Assembly (NCBI GenBank): GCA_023389275.1
Contig: JAEWEN010000064.1
Location: 4,730 to 68,729 of the forward strand
From: Bacillota bacterium
Lineage (GTDB): Bacteria > Bacillota > Clostridia > Clostridiales > Caloramatoraceae
Direction: 5' to 3'
DNA: 64,000 nt
Positions 39,688-49,712 of the stretch are shown here, piece by piece. The translations under genes were made by a program, and so were the position numbers. Within the stretch, counting starts at the first letter, position 1; the number at the start of each line of letters is the position of its first letter. Below the pieces are notes generated by a model, which saw only the letters and a program-made list of their open reading frames with translations, was not told the origin of the DNA and ran no database searches.

Positions 39688-40427
39688 CCCATATAACTTA
39701 TATATTCTTTAGTTTCTAGCTTTTTAGGACTTTCAAATAATTCTTTAGTATTATTAAACTCTATAACCTTTCCATCTTCTATATATAATGTATAATCTGA
39801 TATTCTTTTAGCTTGTGAAAGATTATGAGTAACTATTACAATGGTATAATCTTTTTTTAACTCTTTTAAAGTTTCTTCTATGTGAAATATATTTTTTATA
39901 TCTAAAGCTGAACAAGGTTCATCTAATAAAATAACCTTAGGTTCTACTGTTAAACTTCGTGCTATACATAGCCTTTGCTGTTGCCCTCCTGAAAGCTTTC
40001 TTGCATCTATATTAAAATTTTCCTTAATTTCATCATAAAGTCCAACCTTTTTTAGTTTATCTATAACTATCTCTTGTATTTTACCTTTATCTTTTAACTT
40101 AAAATACTCTAAAGCATATACCATATTTTTATAAACAGAAAAAGGAAAAGGAGTTGGATTTTGAAGTATAAGTCCTATATGTTTTTTTACTTCCTGCTCC
40201 TTTATAGAAAATATACTTTTTTCATCTAAAAATACATCACCTTTTATTTTTGCATTTAAACTTTCTATACTTCTATTTAAGGATTTTAAAAGTGTTGATT
40301 TACCACATCCTGATGACCCTATTATAGAAGTTATTTTATTTTTATATATAGGAAAGCTTATATTATCTAATATATTTAAATCATCTATATTAACTGTTAA
40401 GTTAACTACATCTAATATTTTTTTCAC
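39684..40427 (-). CDS. pstB: phosphate-type ABC transporter ATPase
   Basis: GSSGCGKS, QNPTPFPFS, LSGGQQQRLCIAR, DEPCSALD, VTHNLSQA. Confidence 0.9.
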   Translation of the reverse strand: MKKILDVVNLTVNIDDLNILDNISFPIYKNKITSIIGSSGCGKSTLLKSLNRSIESLNAKIKGDVFLDEKSIFSIKEQEVKKHIGLILQNPTPFPFSVYKNMVYALEYFKLKDKGKIQEIVIDKLKKVGLYDEIKENFNIDARKLSGGQQQRLCIARSLTVEPKVILLDEPCSALDIKNIFHIEETLKELKKDYTIVIVTHNLSQAKRISDYTLYIEDGKVIEFNNTKELFESPKKLETKEYISYMG

Positions 40428-41245
40428 TATAACTTTTCCCTCCTATCTGAAAAATAACATGATAAATTAATAACAAAAATTATAATCATTAACACAAAAG
40501 CTGTGCCATAAGCCATATTTATAGAATATCCTTCACTTATTAATATATAAAGGTGATATGGCAAAGCCATAAATGGGTCTTTAATACTTCTAGGACTATT
40601 TGCAAAAATTACTGCTCCAGTAAACATAATAGGTGCTGTAGCTCCCATAGCGTATGCTACAGAAAGAGAAATAGATTGTAGTATTTTCACTTTACAATTA
40701 GGTAACACTATTTTTCTTATACTATATACTTTAGAAACTCCAAGTGACAATGATGCCTCTAATATATTTTTTGAAAACTCATTAAATATTTTTTCAACTC
40801 TTAAAGTTATATATGGTATTATTATTATTGAAAGAGTGATACCTGCTGAAAGTAAGCTTTTAGGAATACCTAATTTCATTATGCAAAAGCTATATCCAAA
40901 AAGGCCTATAACTATAGACGGAAGTCCTGATATGCTTTGTATTGAAAACTTTATTAAGTTATATATTTTTTTATTCCTACAATAAAAACACAGATACATT
41001 GCAGTTAAAATAGATAACACAGAGCTTATTAAGGAAGACAATATGCCTAAATATAAGCTACCAATTATAGCGGGAAAAATACCTCCACTTTCACCAAGTG
41101 GCATTCCTTTTGGAATACTAAATAAAAACTCTATGTCTATAACCTTATACCCTTTTAAAAAAATATATATAAATATAAATAACATAATAGCTATAACAAT
41201 TAATCCACTAATATAACTAAACAGTTTTATAAAAATATCCCTCAT
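40427..41245 (-). CDS. pstA: phosphate-type ABC permease
   Basis: GGIFPAIIGS, GLPSIVIGLFG, MGATAPIM. Confidence 0.85.
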   Translation of the reverse strand: MRDIFIKLFSYISGLIVIAIMLFIFIYIFLKGYKVIDIEFLFSIPKGMPLGESGGIFPAIIGSLYLGILSSLISSVLSILTAMYLCFYCRNKKIYNLIKFSIQSISGLPSIVIGLFGYSFCIMKLGIPKSLLSAGITLSIIIIPYITLRVEKIFNEFSKNILEASLSLGVSKVYSIRKIVLPNCKVKILQSISLSVAYAMGATAPIMFTGAVIFANSPRSIKDPFMALPYHLYILISEGYSINMAYGTAFVLMIIIFVINLSCYFSDRREKL

Positions 41246-42105
41246 TATCTCTCCCCCTTGCTCTTAAATAAGTAAAATATAATATTAAAAATAAAAATAA
41301 CAAGTAAAAGAATAAGAGCAGATGCATATAAACTGTGATAATGTAAACTTGAATACTCTACACTTCCCATTTCAAGTGCAATTAATGAAGGTATTGTTTC
41401 CATCTTTCCAAAAATATTTGGTATTATAGGAGAATTTCCTATAACCATCATAACAGCCATAGTTTCTCCAATAGACCTTGAAAATGATAGTACTGCACTT
41501 AAAAATATAGCATTTATTATACTAGGTACTATAAGTTTTCTAATTGTAAAATATTTTGAAACTCCTAAATTCAAAGATATATTTTCATACTTTTCCTTAC
41601 TTTTTAAAATAGATTCAGTACAATTACTTATTATAAATGGAAGTATCATAATAGAAAGAAGAATACTTCCAGCTAACAAACACTCACCTGATGAAACATT
41701 AAAATTTTTTTCTATTATTTTAACTAGTATACTAAGACCTAAAAATCCAAATATTACAGATGGTATTCCTGCTAAAATATCTATAAAAGCTAATAAAGTT
41801 TTTCTAAACTTTTCTTTAAGTGAAAATACAATAAAAATAGAGCTTCCAATACCTAATGGAAGAGCTATTATAACCGATGCTAAAGATATATAAATACTTC
41901 CTAAAATCATTGCTAAAATTCCAAACTTCTTATTTTCTCCAATAGGATTCCAGTTTCTTTCAAATATAAACTCCTTTATGCTAATCACCTTAAAAAAAGG
42001 TATACTTTCCTTAACTATAAATAATATAACTAAAAATACTACTATACTAGTGATAAATGTAATTATTTTCATAATACTTTCAAAAAAACTATCTTTGTTA
42101 AACAT
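41245..42105 (-). CDS. pstC: phosphate-type ABC permease
   Basis: WNP, AGIPSVIFG, RSIGETMAVMMVIGN. Confidence 0.88.
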   Translation of the reverse strand: MFNKDSFFESIMKIITFITSIVVFLVILFIVKESIPFFKVISIKEFIFERNWNPIGENKKFGILAMILGSIYISLASVIIALPLGIGSSIFIVFSLKEKFRKTLLAFIDILAGIPSVIFGFLGLSILVKIIEKNFNVSSGECLLAGSILLSIMILPFIISNCTESILKSKEKYENISLNLGVSKYFTIRKLIVPSIINAIFLSAVLSFSRSIGETMAVMMVIGNSPIIPNIFGKMETIPSLIALEMGSVEYSSLHYHSLYASALILLLVIFIFNIIFYLFKSKGER

Positions 42106-42120
42106 AATATCTCCTAATTA

Positions 42121-42156
42121 AAAATAAGGCTTAGATTAACCTAAGCCTTATTTTTT
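42121..42156 (-). terminator. hairpin between pstS and pstC (attenuator or mRNA stabiliser)
   Basis: AAAATAAGGCTTAG..CTAAGCCTTATTTT. Confidence 0.7.
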
Positions 42157-43048
42157 ATTTTACAGGAATAAATCCCATTTCTTCTATTACTTTAATACCT
42201 TTTTCAGACTTTATGTAATCCATAAATGACTTTTGAAGAGAAGTTAGCTCCCCTTTTCCTATAATTAATAATGGTCTTTGTATTTTATAGCTTCCATCTA
42301 AAATAGTATCTGCATTAGCTTGCACACCATCTACCTTAAGTGGAATTATTTTTCCTTCATTTTGTTTTGCAACTCCAAATGAAGCATATCCTATCGCATT
42401 TTCATTTTCTATTATTTTGGTAACAAGTGCCCCCATAGACGGTGCTTGAATAGCTTCTTTAGAAACCTCGGTTTTTTCCATAATATTTTTTTGGAATACC
42501 TCATGTGCTCCTCCACCTATGTCTCTTGTTACAACTACAATTTCCTTATTAGGTAAAGATGCCTCTACTTGATTCCAAGTTTTATATTCACCAGAAAATA
42601 TTTTTTTAATTTCATCTGTTGTTAAATTATCTTTTACTTTTAATAAAGGATTTTTAGGATTTATAGAAATAGTTAATGCATCTATTCCTACTTTATACTC
42701 TTTTAATCCTTCGATTTTACTTTTTTCATCATCCTTTACTCCTCTAGCTAGCATTCCAAAATCAGCTGTTTTATCAACAATAGATTTAACTCCTGCTCCT
42801 GATCCTCCTGATGAAACATATATAGTAATATCACTATCAGGTAATTCTTTATTAACCTTATTCCATGTTTTATTTTCTTCTGTAAAATTAGTAGCAATTT
42901 TTGATATAACAGGTGCTAGTGTTGATGATCCATTAAACATTAACTGAGCAGATTTTGCTTCATTTGCTACTTGTTTTGAACCACATGAAACTAAAACAAA
43001 TAAACTTAAAACAAATAAAGCAATTGCAATTCTTTTATTTTTTAACAT
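42155..43048 (-). CDS. pstS: PstS-family oxyanion-binding lipoprotein
   Basis: Lipobox LVSC; GSSTLAP, GGSGAG, AIGYASF, YKIQRPL. Confidence 0.85.
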   Translation of the reverse strand: MLKNKRIAIALFVLSLFVLVSCGSKQVANEAKSAQLMFNGSSTLAPVISKIATNFTEENKTWNKVNKELPDSDITIYVSSGGSGAGVKSIVDKTADFGMLARGVKDDEKSKIEGLKEYKVGIDALTISINPKNPLLKVKDNLTTDEIKKIFSGEYKTWNQVEASLPNKEIVVVTRDIGGGAHEVFQKNIMEKTEVSKEAIQAPSMGALVTKIIENENAIGYASFGVAKQNEGKIIPLKVDGVQANADTILDGSYKIQRPLLIIGKGELTSLQKSFMDYIKSEKGIKVIEEMGFIPVK

Positions 43049-43108
43049 TTTACCCCTCCTATTACATTTATATCTAAATATAATATATCTTTTCTATGCT
43101 TTTAATCC

Positions 43109-43159
43109 AAATAGAAGGTTTCTATATACAAATTAATATATATAGAAACCTTCTATTTT
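43109..43159 (-). terminator. intrinsic terminator
   Basis: AAATAGAAGGTTTCTATATA..TATATAGAAACCTTCTATTT. Confidence 0.75.
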
Positions 43160-43163
43160 AAAA

Positions 43164-43871
43164 CTACTTTTTAATTTTTATTTCTTTACTTAATTTTAGT
43201 TTTTTTAAAAATCTTCCTATTTCTTTTTTATCAAGATATACTTCTCCTAAAAGTCCATGATTAAAGTCTATAGTTTTATTAGTATGAAAATCTGAACCTG
43301 CTGTATAAAGTAATTTCTTTTTTTTACAAAGTTTCATAAAAACTTTTGTATCTCTTACAGTATTTCTATAATACTTTGCTTCTAGCCCATCAAATTTATA
43401 TTCTAAAATCTCTCTTAAATACTCTTTTTCTATTAATACAGGATGAGCAAGTACAACTTTTGCTCCAAAATACTTTAAAATATCAATTCCGCTTTTAATA
43501 GATAATCTTCCTTTTTTTACTTCAATATCAAAGCTACCTTTAAATAAACATTTTAATCCTTTATCATCTTTTCTTTTTAAATAATAAAGAGCTTTTAAAA
43601 ACTTTTCATCTTTATATCTAAAATCTCTAAAGTAACCTAAAACATGTACTTTTTTACCTTTGTACCTTGTAGAAAGTTCTATTCCTGGAATTACTAATAT
43701 ATTTTTCTCTCTACCTTTTTCAATAGCTTCATCTACACCTTGCGTTGTATTATGATCAGTAATTGCTATAACATCTACATTAATATATTTTGCATATTCA
43801 ATAATTTCACTTGGAGTTAAATCTCCATCTGAGTTTGTTGTATGAATGTGAAGGTCTGCTTTTTCAAACAT
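43164..43871 (-). CDS. PHP-domain protein (TrpH/YciV-like, shortened)
   Basis: DLHIHTTNSDG, ITDHNT, GIELS, HVLGY, LAHP, GSDFH. Confidence 0.88.
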   Translation of the reverse strand: MFEKADLHIHTTNSDGDLTPSEIIEYAKYINVDVIAITDHNTTQGVDEAIEKGREKNILVIPGIELSTRYKGKKVHVLGYFRDFRYKDEKFLKALYYLKRKDDKGLKCLFKGSFDIEVKKGRLSIKSGIDILKYFGAKVVLAHPVLIEKEYLREILEYKFDGLEAKYYRNTVRDTKVFMKLCKKKKLLYTAGSDFHTNKTIDFNHGLLGEVYLDKKEIGRFLKKLKLSKEIKIKK

Positions 43872-43922
43872 CTTCTTTCCTTAATTAAAATGCTTCCACT
43901 ATACATAATATAGTTAAAATAA

Positions 43923-43949
43923 AAAAGTGTACCTAAAAAGGTACACTTT
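43923..43949 (-). terminator. intrinsic terminator
   Basis: AAAGTGTACCT-AAA-AAGGTACACTTT. Confidence 0.75.
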
Positions 43950-43952
43950 AAT

Positions 43953-45392
43953 CTATATAGAAAATATAGCTTCGTTTGTTTTGTTTATTTCGTCTTCTGT
44001 TAATTCTCTTAATAATATTTGGGTATCATTTATTTTATTAAGACCTTCTTCAATATTATCTGATACATTAACAGTTATCATTCTAAACTGCTTTTTTTCT
44101 TTGTTTTTGTTAAACTCTTCAATAAACTCCTCATCAATAGGAGCTTTTCCATCGGTTATAAAAACAATATCTGCATACTTATATTTAGCTGTATTTATAA
44201 GTTTCGTAGCCTCAGTTAGTGGTTCTACAAAATTTGTTCCACTTCCTATAAACCCAGTTGCTAAATCATACATTTTTTTAGGTTCTATTTTTCTTTTGTT
44301 GAATTCTATAATATCTCCTACCTTGTAAGAGAATATTATACCAACAAAATCTCTTTTTTGTTTAAAAGCTATGTCTAAAAGTGCTATTGCAATTGATTTA
44401 GACCAAACCTCAAGATCTCCTTCCATAGAAGTAGATGTGTCTATACAACATATAATAGGACCTTTAGATTTTATTCTATTATTTTTATATTTATATGATA
44501 AAAGCTCTTTTTGATGATATTTTTTATAAAAACTTTTTTTAGTAGATTTATTTGCAAGTAGCATTTTTTCTGAAGGAAGTACTTTATGTATTTCATTACC
44601 TAACTTTACACCACATATTTCTTGTCCTTCTTCTCTAGTTCTTCTTTTTTGCATTTCACTTGCAGACGCTTTAAATCTACCTGCCATTTCAGATATTTTT
44701 TTAACCTTTTTAAGTCCTTTAAGTTTTATAGCTACTTCTACCTTTTCATCATATGACTCTGATGTTATTTTTCCATCATTTAATCCCCAAGATTTAATAG
44801 TAGATGTTATAGCTAAATATTCTTTATAAGCAGCTGAAACACTTTTATAAAGTATATTATATGAAAGTATATCTTTTTCAATAGACAAAATACTTTTATA
44901 TAGTGAATCTGATACACTATTTATTTTTGTTAACACATCTTTTTGTCTATCTTTCTTATATTCTATACAAAGCTTTTTATATTCTAAAATTGACTTTTCA
45001 TATAATTGAACCTTTTCTTTAAAGTCTTTATTATTGCTTAAAAGTTTTTGATAGTTTTTAATAAAATACTTGCCTATAAGCTCAGAACCTAAAAGAGAGT
45101 TAAAGTAGTTTACACTACAATTTTCCCTAAAAGCATCAAACTCATCTGTTTCAAACAGATTTTTAATAATCATGCTATTTATTTTATATTCTGTTTGTAT
45201 TTTATCTATATCTTTTATATCTGGCTTTGCCTTAAATAGTGCTAAATAAATATCTATATTTAAATACTTATATGTAGGAAATACTTTTTCATACTCTTCA
45301 AGGTCTTTTTTAAGCCTACTAGACCCTTTGTGTATTTCTTCATATATATCAAGATCAAGTTCAAAATATTGAATAGTATTTTTATTTTCCAC
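43953..45392 (-). CDS. vWA-domain protein (ViaA-like)
   Basis: GPIICCIDTSTSMEG (MIDAS), GSGTNF, ADIVFITDG; follows a MoxR ATPase. Confidence 0.85.
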   Translation of the reverse strand: MENKNTIQYFELDLDIYEEIHKGSSRLKKDLEEYEKVFPTYKYLNIDIYLALFKAKPDIKDIDKIQTEYKINSMIIKNLFETDEFDAFRENCSVNYFNSLLGSELIGKYFIKNYQKLLSNNKDFKEKVQLYEKSILEYKKLCIEYKKDRQKDVLTKINSVSDSLYKSILSIEKDILSYNILYKSVSAAYKEYLAITSTIKSWGLNDGKITSESYDEKVEVAIKLKGLKKVKKISEMAGRFKASASEMQKRRTREEGQEICGVKLGNEIHKVLPSEKMLLANKSTKKSFYKKYHQKELLSYKYKNNRIKSKGPIICCIDTSTSMEGDLEVWSKSIAIALLDIAFKQKRDFVGIIFSYKVGDIIEFNKRKIEPKKMYDLATGFIGSGTNFVEPLTEATKLINTAKYKYADIVFITDGKAPIDEEFIEEFNKNKEKKQFRMITVNVSDNIEEGLNKINDTQILLRELTEDEINKTNEAIFSI

Positions 45393-45406
45393 TACTACAC
45401 TTCCTT

Positions 45407-46591
45407 TTACATCATTAAATCATCTTCATCCTCAACTTGCTTTGATATATTATCTAAATAATCTTTTACTTCTTTTAAAAGAGTTTCAAACTTTCTCTTT
45501 GTAGCATCTTCCATAAGATCTTTTTCTTTCATTATTCTATTAAGCTTTTCATATATGTATTCAACAGATCCTTTTATTTCTACTATCATTCTTACATCTG
45601 TTATTGTTTCAGCAGCATCTACTACCTCAACATATCTTTTCTTAATATTATTATATTCCTTATCATAAGCCCCTACAGATGATTCCTTTAAAACCTCCTC
45701 TATTTTTTCAATTTCAGAAGGTTCATTCCATAAAACATCACGTAAACACTTAAAGTCACTTGAGTTTACACTTTCTCTATTTTCTAAAAGAGCATTTACT
45801 CTTAAAACTTTTAAACATTCGTTTTGCCTTCTATCTGATACTACTATTCCTTCTCTTAAAAGTGCATTCATTAAAGCTATGTATTCTCTTAAAATAGAGT
45901 CATCAATTTCAACACTATTAATCGCTTCTCTTAAAACATTTATATCATCTACTGTTACAGTAGTATAAGTGTCATTTTTTACCCCTTTATTTATAAAGCT
46001 TTTAAGCATAGCCATTTTATTTTGAACATCACCTATATAATCAACATACATTCTGTATATCATTCTGTCATAAAGAGCCAGTAGTGAATCTTCCTCTGGA
46101 AACTCATTAGAAGCTGCAAATAATGATATTAAAGGAACATTAATTGCTTCACCGTCATTATAAAATACTTTTTCATTTATAAGTGGCAATAAAATATTAA
46201 GTGTTGGCTCATTACATTTAAATATTTCATCTAGAAAAACTATTTCAGCTTCAGGAAGCTTATTTTTAGTAACCCTTATAAACTTATCATTTTCCATTTC
46301 CTTAACACTAAATGGTCCTAAAATTTCTGATGGATCAGATGTTCTATTTAAAAGCCAAGAAAAATATCTAGCTTCTACAATTCTTTTACATAATTCATTT
46401 GTAAGTGCACTTTTAGCAGTTCCAGGAGGTCCTATTAAAAGTACAGATTGTCCTGTTATTAAAGCTTTTATGCTATTGTCAATTACATCATCTCTTTCAA
46501 CAAATATGTTTTTAAGCTCTGATGATATATTGTTAAATTTCACAATAGCTTCTTTTACTTCATCACTAAATATAACCTTATTTTCCCCCAT
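45407..46591 (-). CDS. MoxR-family AAA+ ATPase (RavA-like)
   Basis: GPPGTAKS, FLDEIFK, ASNEFP, ALYDR, SDRR. Confidence 0.9.
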   Translation of the reverse strand: MGENKVIFSDEVKEAIVKFNNISSELKNIFVERDDVIDNSIKALITGQSVLLIGPPGTAKSALTNELCKRIVEARYFSWLLNRTSDPSEILGPFSVKEMENDKFIRVTKNKLPEAEIVFLDEIFKCNEPTLNILLPLINEKVFYNDGEAINVPLISLFAASNEFPEEDSLLALYDRMIYRMYVDYIGDVQNKMAMLKSFINKGVKNDTYTTVTVDDINVLREAINSVEIDDSILREYIALMNALLREGIVVSDRRQNECLKVLRVNALLENRESVNSSDFKCLRDVLWNEPSEIEKIEEVLKESSVGAYDKEYNNIKKRYVEVVDAAETITDVRMIVEIKGSVEYIYEKLNRIMKEKDLMEDATKRKFETLLKEVKDYLDNISKQVEDEDDLMM

Positions 46592-46730
46592 TATTACTTC
46601 CTCCTCGGTTTGTTAGAAATATATTTAAAGTGTCATTAATACATTATATTACCATTAGTCAGTATATCATATTAGCGAAATTATAAAAATACCTATATAC
46701 TTTATTAAGTGTAATTTAATACTATAAAAT

Positions 46731-46760
46731 AAAAAGGTAATAGAGATCTATTACCTTTTT
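46731..46760 (-). terminator. intrinsic terminator
   Basis: AAAAAGGTAATAG-AGAT-CTATTACCTTTTT. Confidence 0.8.
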
Positions 46761-48534
46761 ATTTCAGCTTATCTATTACCTTTTTAATTATATTAACCTT
46801 GTTAAAAGGAGTTATAAAGTAAAAACCATCTACATGATTTTTAAGTTTATTTGCTATATCTAAAGCAATATTTATACCTACTTCATATCCTTCTTCCTTA
46901 GTCATGTCTTTTTTAAATTTATTTATATGCTCATCTGGTATAACAATTCCAGGCACCTCGTTATTTAAAAACATTGCATTTCTATAACTTACAAGTGGCA
47001 TTATACCTGCTAATATTTTTACATCTTTTCTTTCATTTTTAAGATTTATTAAATACTCTATAACATCATTATCAAATATAGGTTGTGTTAGGAAAAATTG
47101 AGCTCCTTGTTCTATTTTCTTATCCATTCTTAATACTTCACTATCTTTATTTTGAATGTTTAAGTTAAGAGCTGCTCCTATTGCCATTTCTTCATTTTCA
47201 AAAATCTCTTTGTTCATTTGTGATATTAAGTTTATTAACTTAAAAGAGTTAAAGTTAAATACACTTTTTGTAATCATTCTATCCTCTTCTGCTATAGGAT
47301 CTCCTGTTATTGCTAATATGTTTCTAATATTTTCAATATGACCTGCTAAAAGTCCTGATCTTATTGCATTAGCATTTTTATCCCTGCAACATATATGTGG
47401 CAAAACATCTATATTAACTTCTCTTTTTATTTTTGATGCAACCATTAAAGAATCTACTCTAGCTAGTGCTCTTGGTGAGTCTGCAACTGTAATTAAATCT
47501 ATGCCTATTTCTTTACACATTTTCGCACCATTTATAATATTTTCTATATCAGTTCCAAAGGGAGGATCTAATTCTACTGCATATACAAATTCGCCTTTTT
47601 CTATTTTTTCAGAAAAACTGCTTTTAATATTTAAATCTTTAGATTTTTTAGGTATTTGTTTTTTTTCCTCATCTGAAAATACTTTATAATCTAAATCTAG
47701 TTTTTCCCTTATTTTCTCTATATGTTTAGGGGTTGTCCCACAACATCCTCCTATTATTTTTGCACCTAATGCCTCTATTTCAATCATCATATCTGAGAAA
47801 TAATCTGGGTTATTTACATAAACACTTCTTTCATTTATGATATGTGGATATCCTGCATTAGGAAGTGCAGAAATAATATCACTACACATATTAACCTTTT
47901 TTAAAATTTTATGAAGATGTAGTGGTCCAAGTCCACAGTTAAATCCATATGCATCTACATCTAATTTTTTTGCACCACTTAAAATAGCCTCAGCACTATA
48001 ACCTGCTCTTGTAAAACCATCCATTGTAATTGCAAATTGTGTAAGTATAAATGCATCTTTTTTCTTACTTCTTATGTATTTAATAATACTATCTAAATAA
48101 TCAAGGGTGCTAAATGTTTCAAATACAAATATATCTGCACCAACCTCAAGTAAAGAGTCTACTACAAACTTATATTCACTATATAAATCTATTTCTTCAC
48201 TATCTATTCTTGGTTGAGGAATAGGCCCTATACTTGCTCCTACAAAAACTTCTTGTCCTTCTGCTGCTTCTTTAGCAATTCTATATCCTTCTTGTATTAT
48301 AGTTTTTATTTTACTTTTTTCTACCTGAAGAGTTATTGCGTTCGCTGCAAAAGTATTGGTTCTAATAAGTTTAGCACCAGATTTTATATATTCTTTATGT
48401 ATATTTTTTATAATTTCTGGATTATCAATATTTGCAAATTCACATTTTGAAACATTATCTCCTGTTATTTCAGAATAATATGTTCCCATTGCTCCATCTG
48501 TTAAAAGAGTGTTGCTTAATAAGTATTCCCTCAA
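46759..48534 (-). CDS. yitJ: bifunctional homocysteine S-methyltransferase/methylenetetrahydrofolate reductase
   Basis: DGAMGT, GFNC, PNAG, GGCCGTTPKHI; ELDPP, HICCRD, ITGDP, FLTQP. Confidence 0.92.
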   Translation of the reverse strand: MREYLLSNTLLTDGAMGTYYSEITGDNVSKCEFANIDNPEIIKNIHKEYIKSGAKLIRTNTFAANAITLQVEKSKIKTIIQEGYRIAKEAAEGQEVFVGASIGPIPQPRIDSEEIDLYSEYKFVVDSLLEVGADIFVFETFSTLDYLDSIIKYIRSKKKDAFILTQFAITMDGFTRAGYSAEAILSGAKKLDVDAYGFNCGLGPLHLHKILKKVNMCSDIISALPNAGYPHIINERSVYVNNPDYFSDMMIEIEALGAKIIGGCCGTTPKHIEKIREKLDLDYKVFSDEEKKQIPKKSKDLNIKSSFSEKIEKGEFVYAVELDPPFGTDIENIINGAKMCKEIGIDLITVADSPRALARVDSLMVASKIKREVNIDVLPHICCRDKNANAIRSGLLAGHIENIRNILAITGDPIAEEDRMITKSVFNFNSFKLINLISQMNKEIFENEEMAIGAALNLNIQNKDSEVLRMDKKIEQGAQFFLTQPIFDNDVIEYLINLKNERKDVKILAGIMPLVSYRNAMFLNNEVPGIVIPDEHINKFKKDMTKEEGYEVGINIALDIANKLKNHVDGFYFITPFNKVNIIKKVIDKLK

Positions 48535-48574
48535 TTTTATTGCTCCTTTCTGTATGTCAAATAATTTAAATTAA

Positions 48575-48603
48575 AGGCTATACTTAACAGTATAGCCACT
48601 TTA
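48575..48603 (-). terminator. aroF terminator
   Basis: GGCTATACT-TAAC-AGTATAGCC. Confidence 0.65.
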
Positions 48604-48607
48604 AAAC

Positions 48608-49630
48608 TTAAATTCCAAATACGTCTCTATTTTCAACCTGTGCAATTACTTTTATCTTTTTCATAATTTCATCAAATCTATCAGGTTTTATTGACTGTGC
48701 TCCATCGCAAAGAGCCTTAGCTGGATTGTTATGTACCTCTATCATAAGTCCATCTGCTCCTGATGTTATAGCTGATTTAGCTAAAGGTTCAACTAACCAG
48801 TTTTTTCCTGTAGCATGTGATGGGTCTACTATAACTGGAAGATGAGTTAGCTTTTTAACAACCGGTATAGCACTTAAGTCAAGTGTGTTTCTTGTATATG
48901 TTTCAAATGTTCTTATTCCTCTTTCACAAAGAATAACATTTTCATTTCCACCTGCCATAATATATTCAGCTGACATTATCCACTCTTCAATAGTAGAAGA
49001 TAAGCCTCTTTTTAATAAAATAGGAGTTTTTGTTTTTCCAAGTTCTTTTAGAAGATGGAAGTTTTGCATATTTCTAGCTCCAACTTGTATAACATCTACT
49101 TTTTCTACAAATTCATCTAGGTCTTCTGTTGCCATTATTTCTGTAACAATAGGAAGTCCTGTTTCTTTTTTAGCTACTTCAAGTAATCTAAGTCCTTCTT
49201 TTTCAAGTCCTTGGAAACTATAAGGAGATGTTCTTGGTTTAAAAGCTCCTCCTCTTAAAAAGTTTGCTCCACTTTTTTTAACTGCCTTAGCTATTTCAAC
49301 TATTTGCTCTTCACTTTCAACTGAACAAGGTCCTGCCATTATAGCAAGATTTTTACCACCAATTTTATTCCCTAATACATCTATAATAGAATTTTCTGGT
49401 CTAAATAATCTATTTGCCTTTTTATAAGGTTCCCCAACCTTTAAAACTTTGTCTACCTCTTCAATAGCTATTACTTTATCCTCATCTATTTTTGATGTAT
49501 CACCTACAAGGCCTACAATACAAAATGTTTCTCCTTGTGATAAGTGTGTTTTAAGCCCTAGGCTTTCAACATACTCTTTTACTTGTTTTATAGATTCGTC
49601 CTTACATTTAGGATTCATTATTACTATCAT
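48608..49630 (-). CDS. aroF: DAHP synthase type I-beta with N-terminal regulatory domain
   Basis: AGPCSVES, GGAFKPRTSPYSFQG, GARNMQN, CERGIRTF, DPSH. Confidence 0.95.
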   Translation of the reverse strand: MIVIMNPKCKDESIKQVKEYVESLGLKTHLSQGETFCIVGLVGDTSKIDEDKVIAIEEVDKVLKVGEPYKKANRLFRPENSIIDVLGNKIGGKNLAIMAGPCSVESEEQIVEIAKAVKKSGANFLRGGAFKPRTSPYSFQGLEKEGLRLLEVAKKETGLPIVTEIMATEDLDEFVEKVDVIQVGARNMQNFHLLKELGKTKTPILLKRGLSSTIEEWIMSAEYIMAGGNENVILCERGIRTFETYTRNTLDLSAIPVVKKLTHLPVIVDPSHATGKNWLVEPLAKSAITSGADGLMIEVHNNPAKALCDGAQSIKPDRFDEIMKKIKVIAQVENRDVFGI

Positions 49631-49712
49631 TATGTTTACCCCCTAAAAATAACTATAATTACCCATATTTATTTCGTACTATTATATCATAATAGAATAT
49701 AATGTATATATA

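Noticed and set aside
48535..48607. SAM riboswitch upstream of yitJ
   Set aside because: Only 73 bp of intergenic DNA, occupied by a hairpin and RBS; no S-box core.
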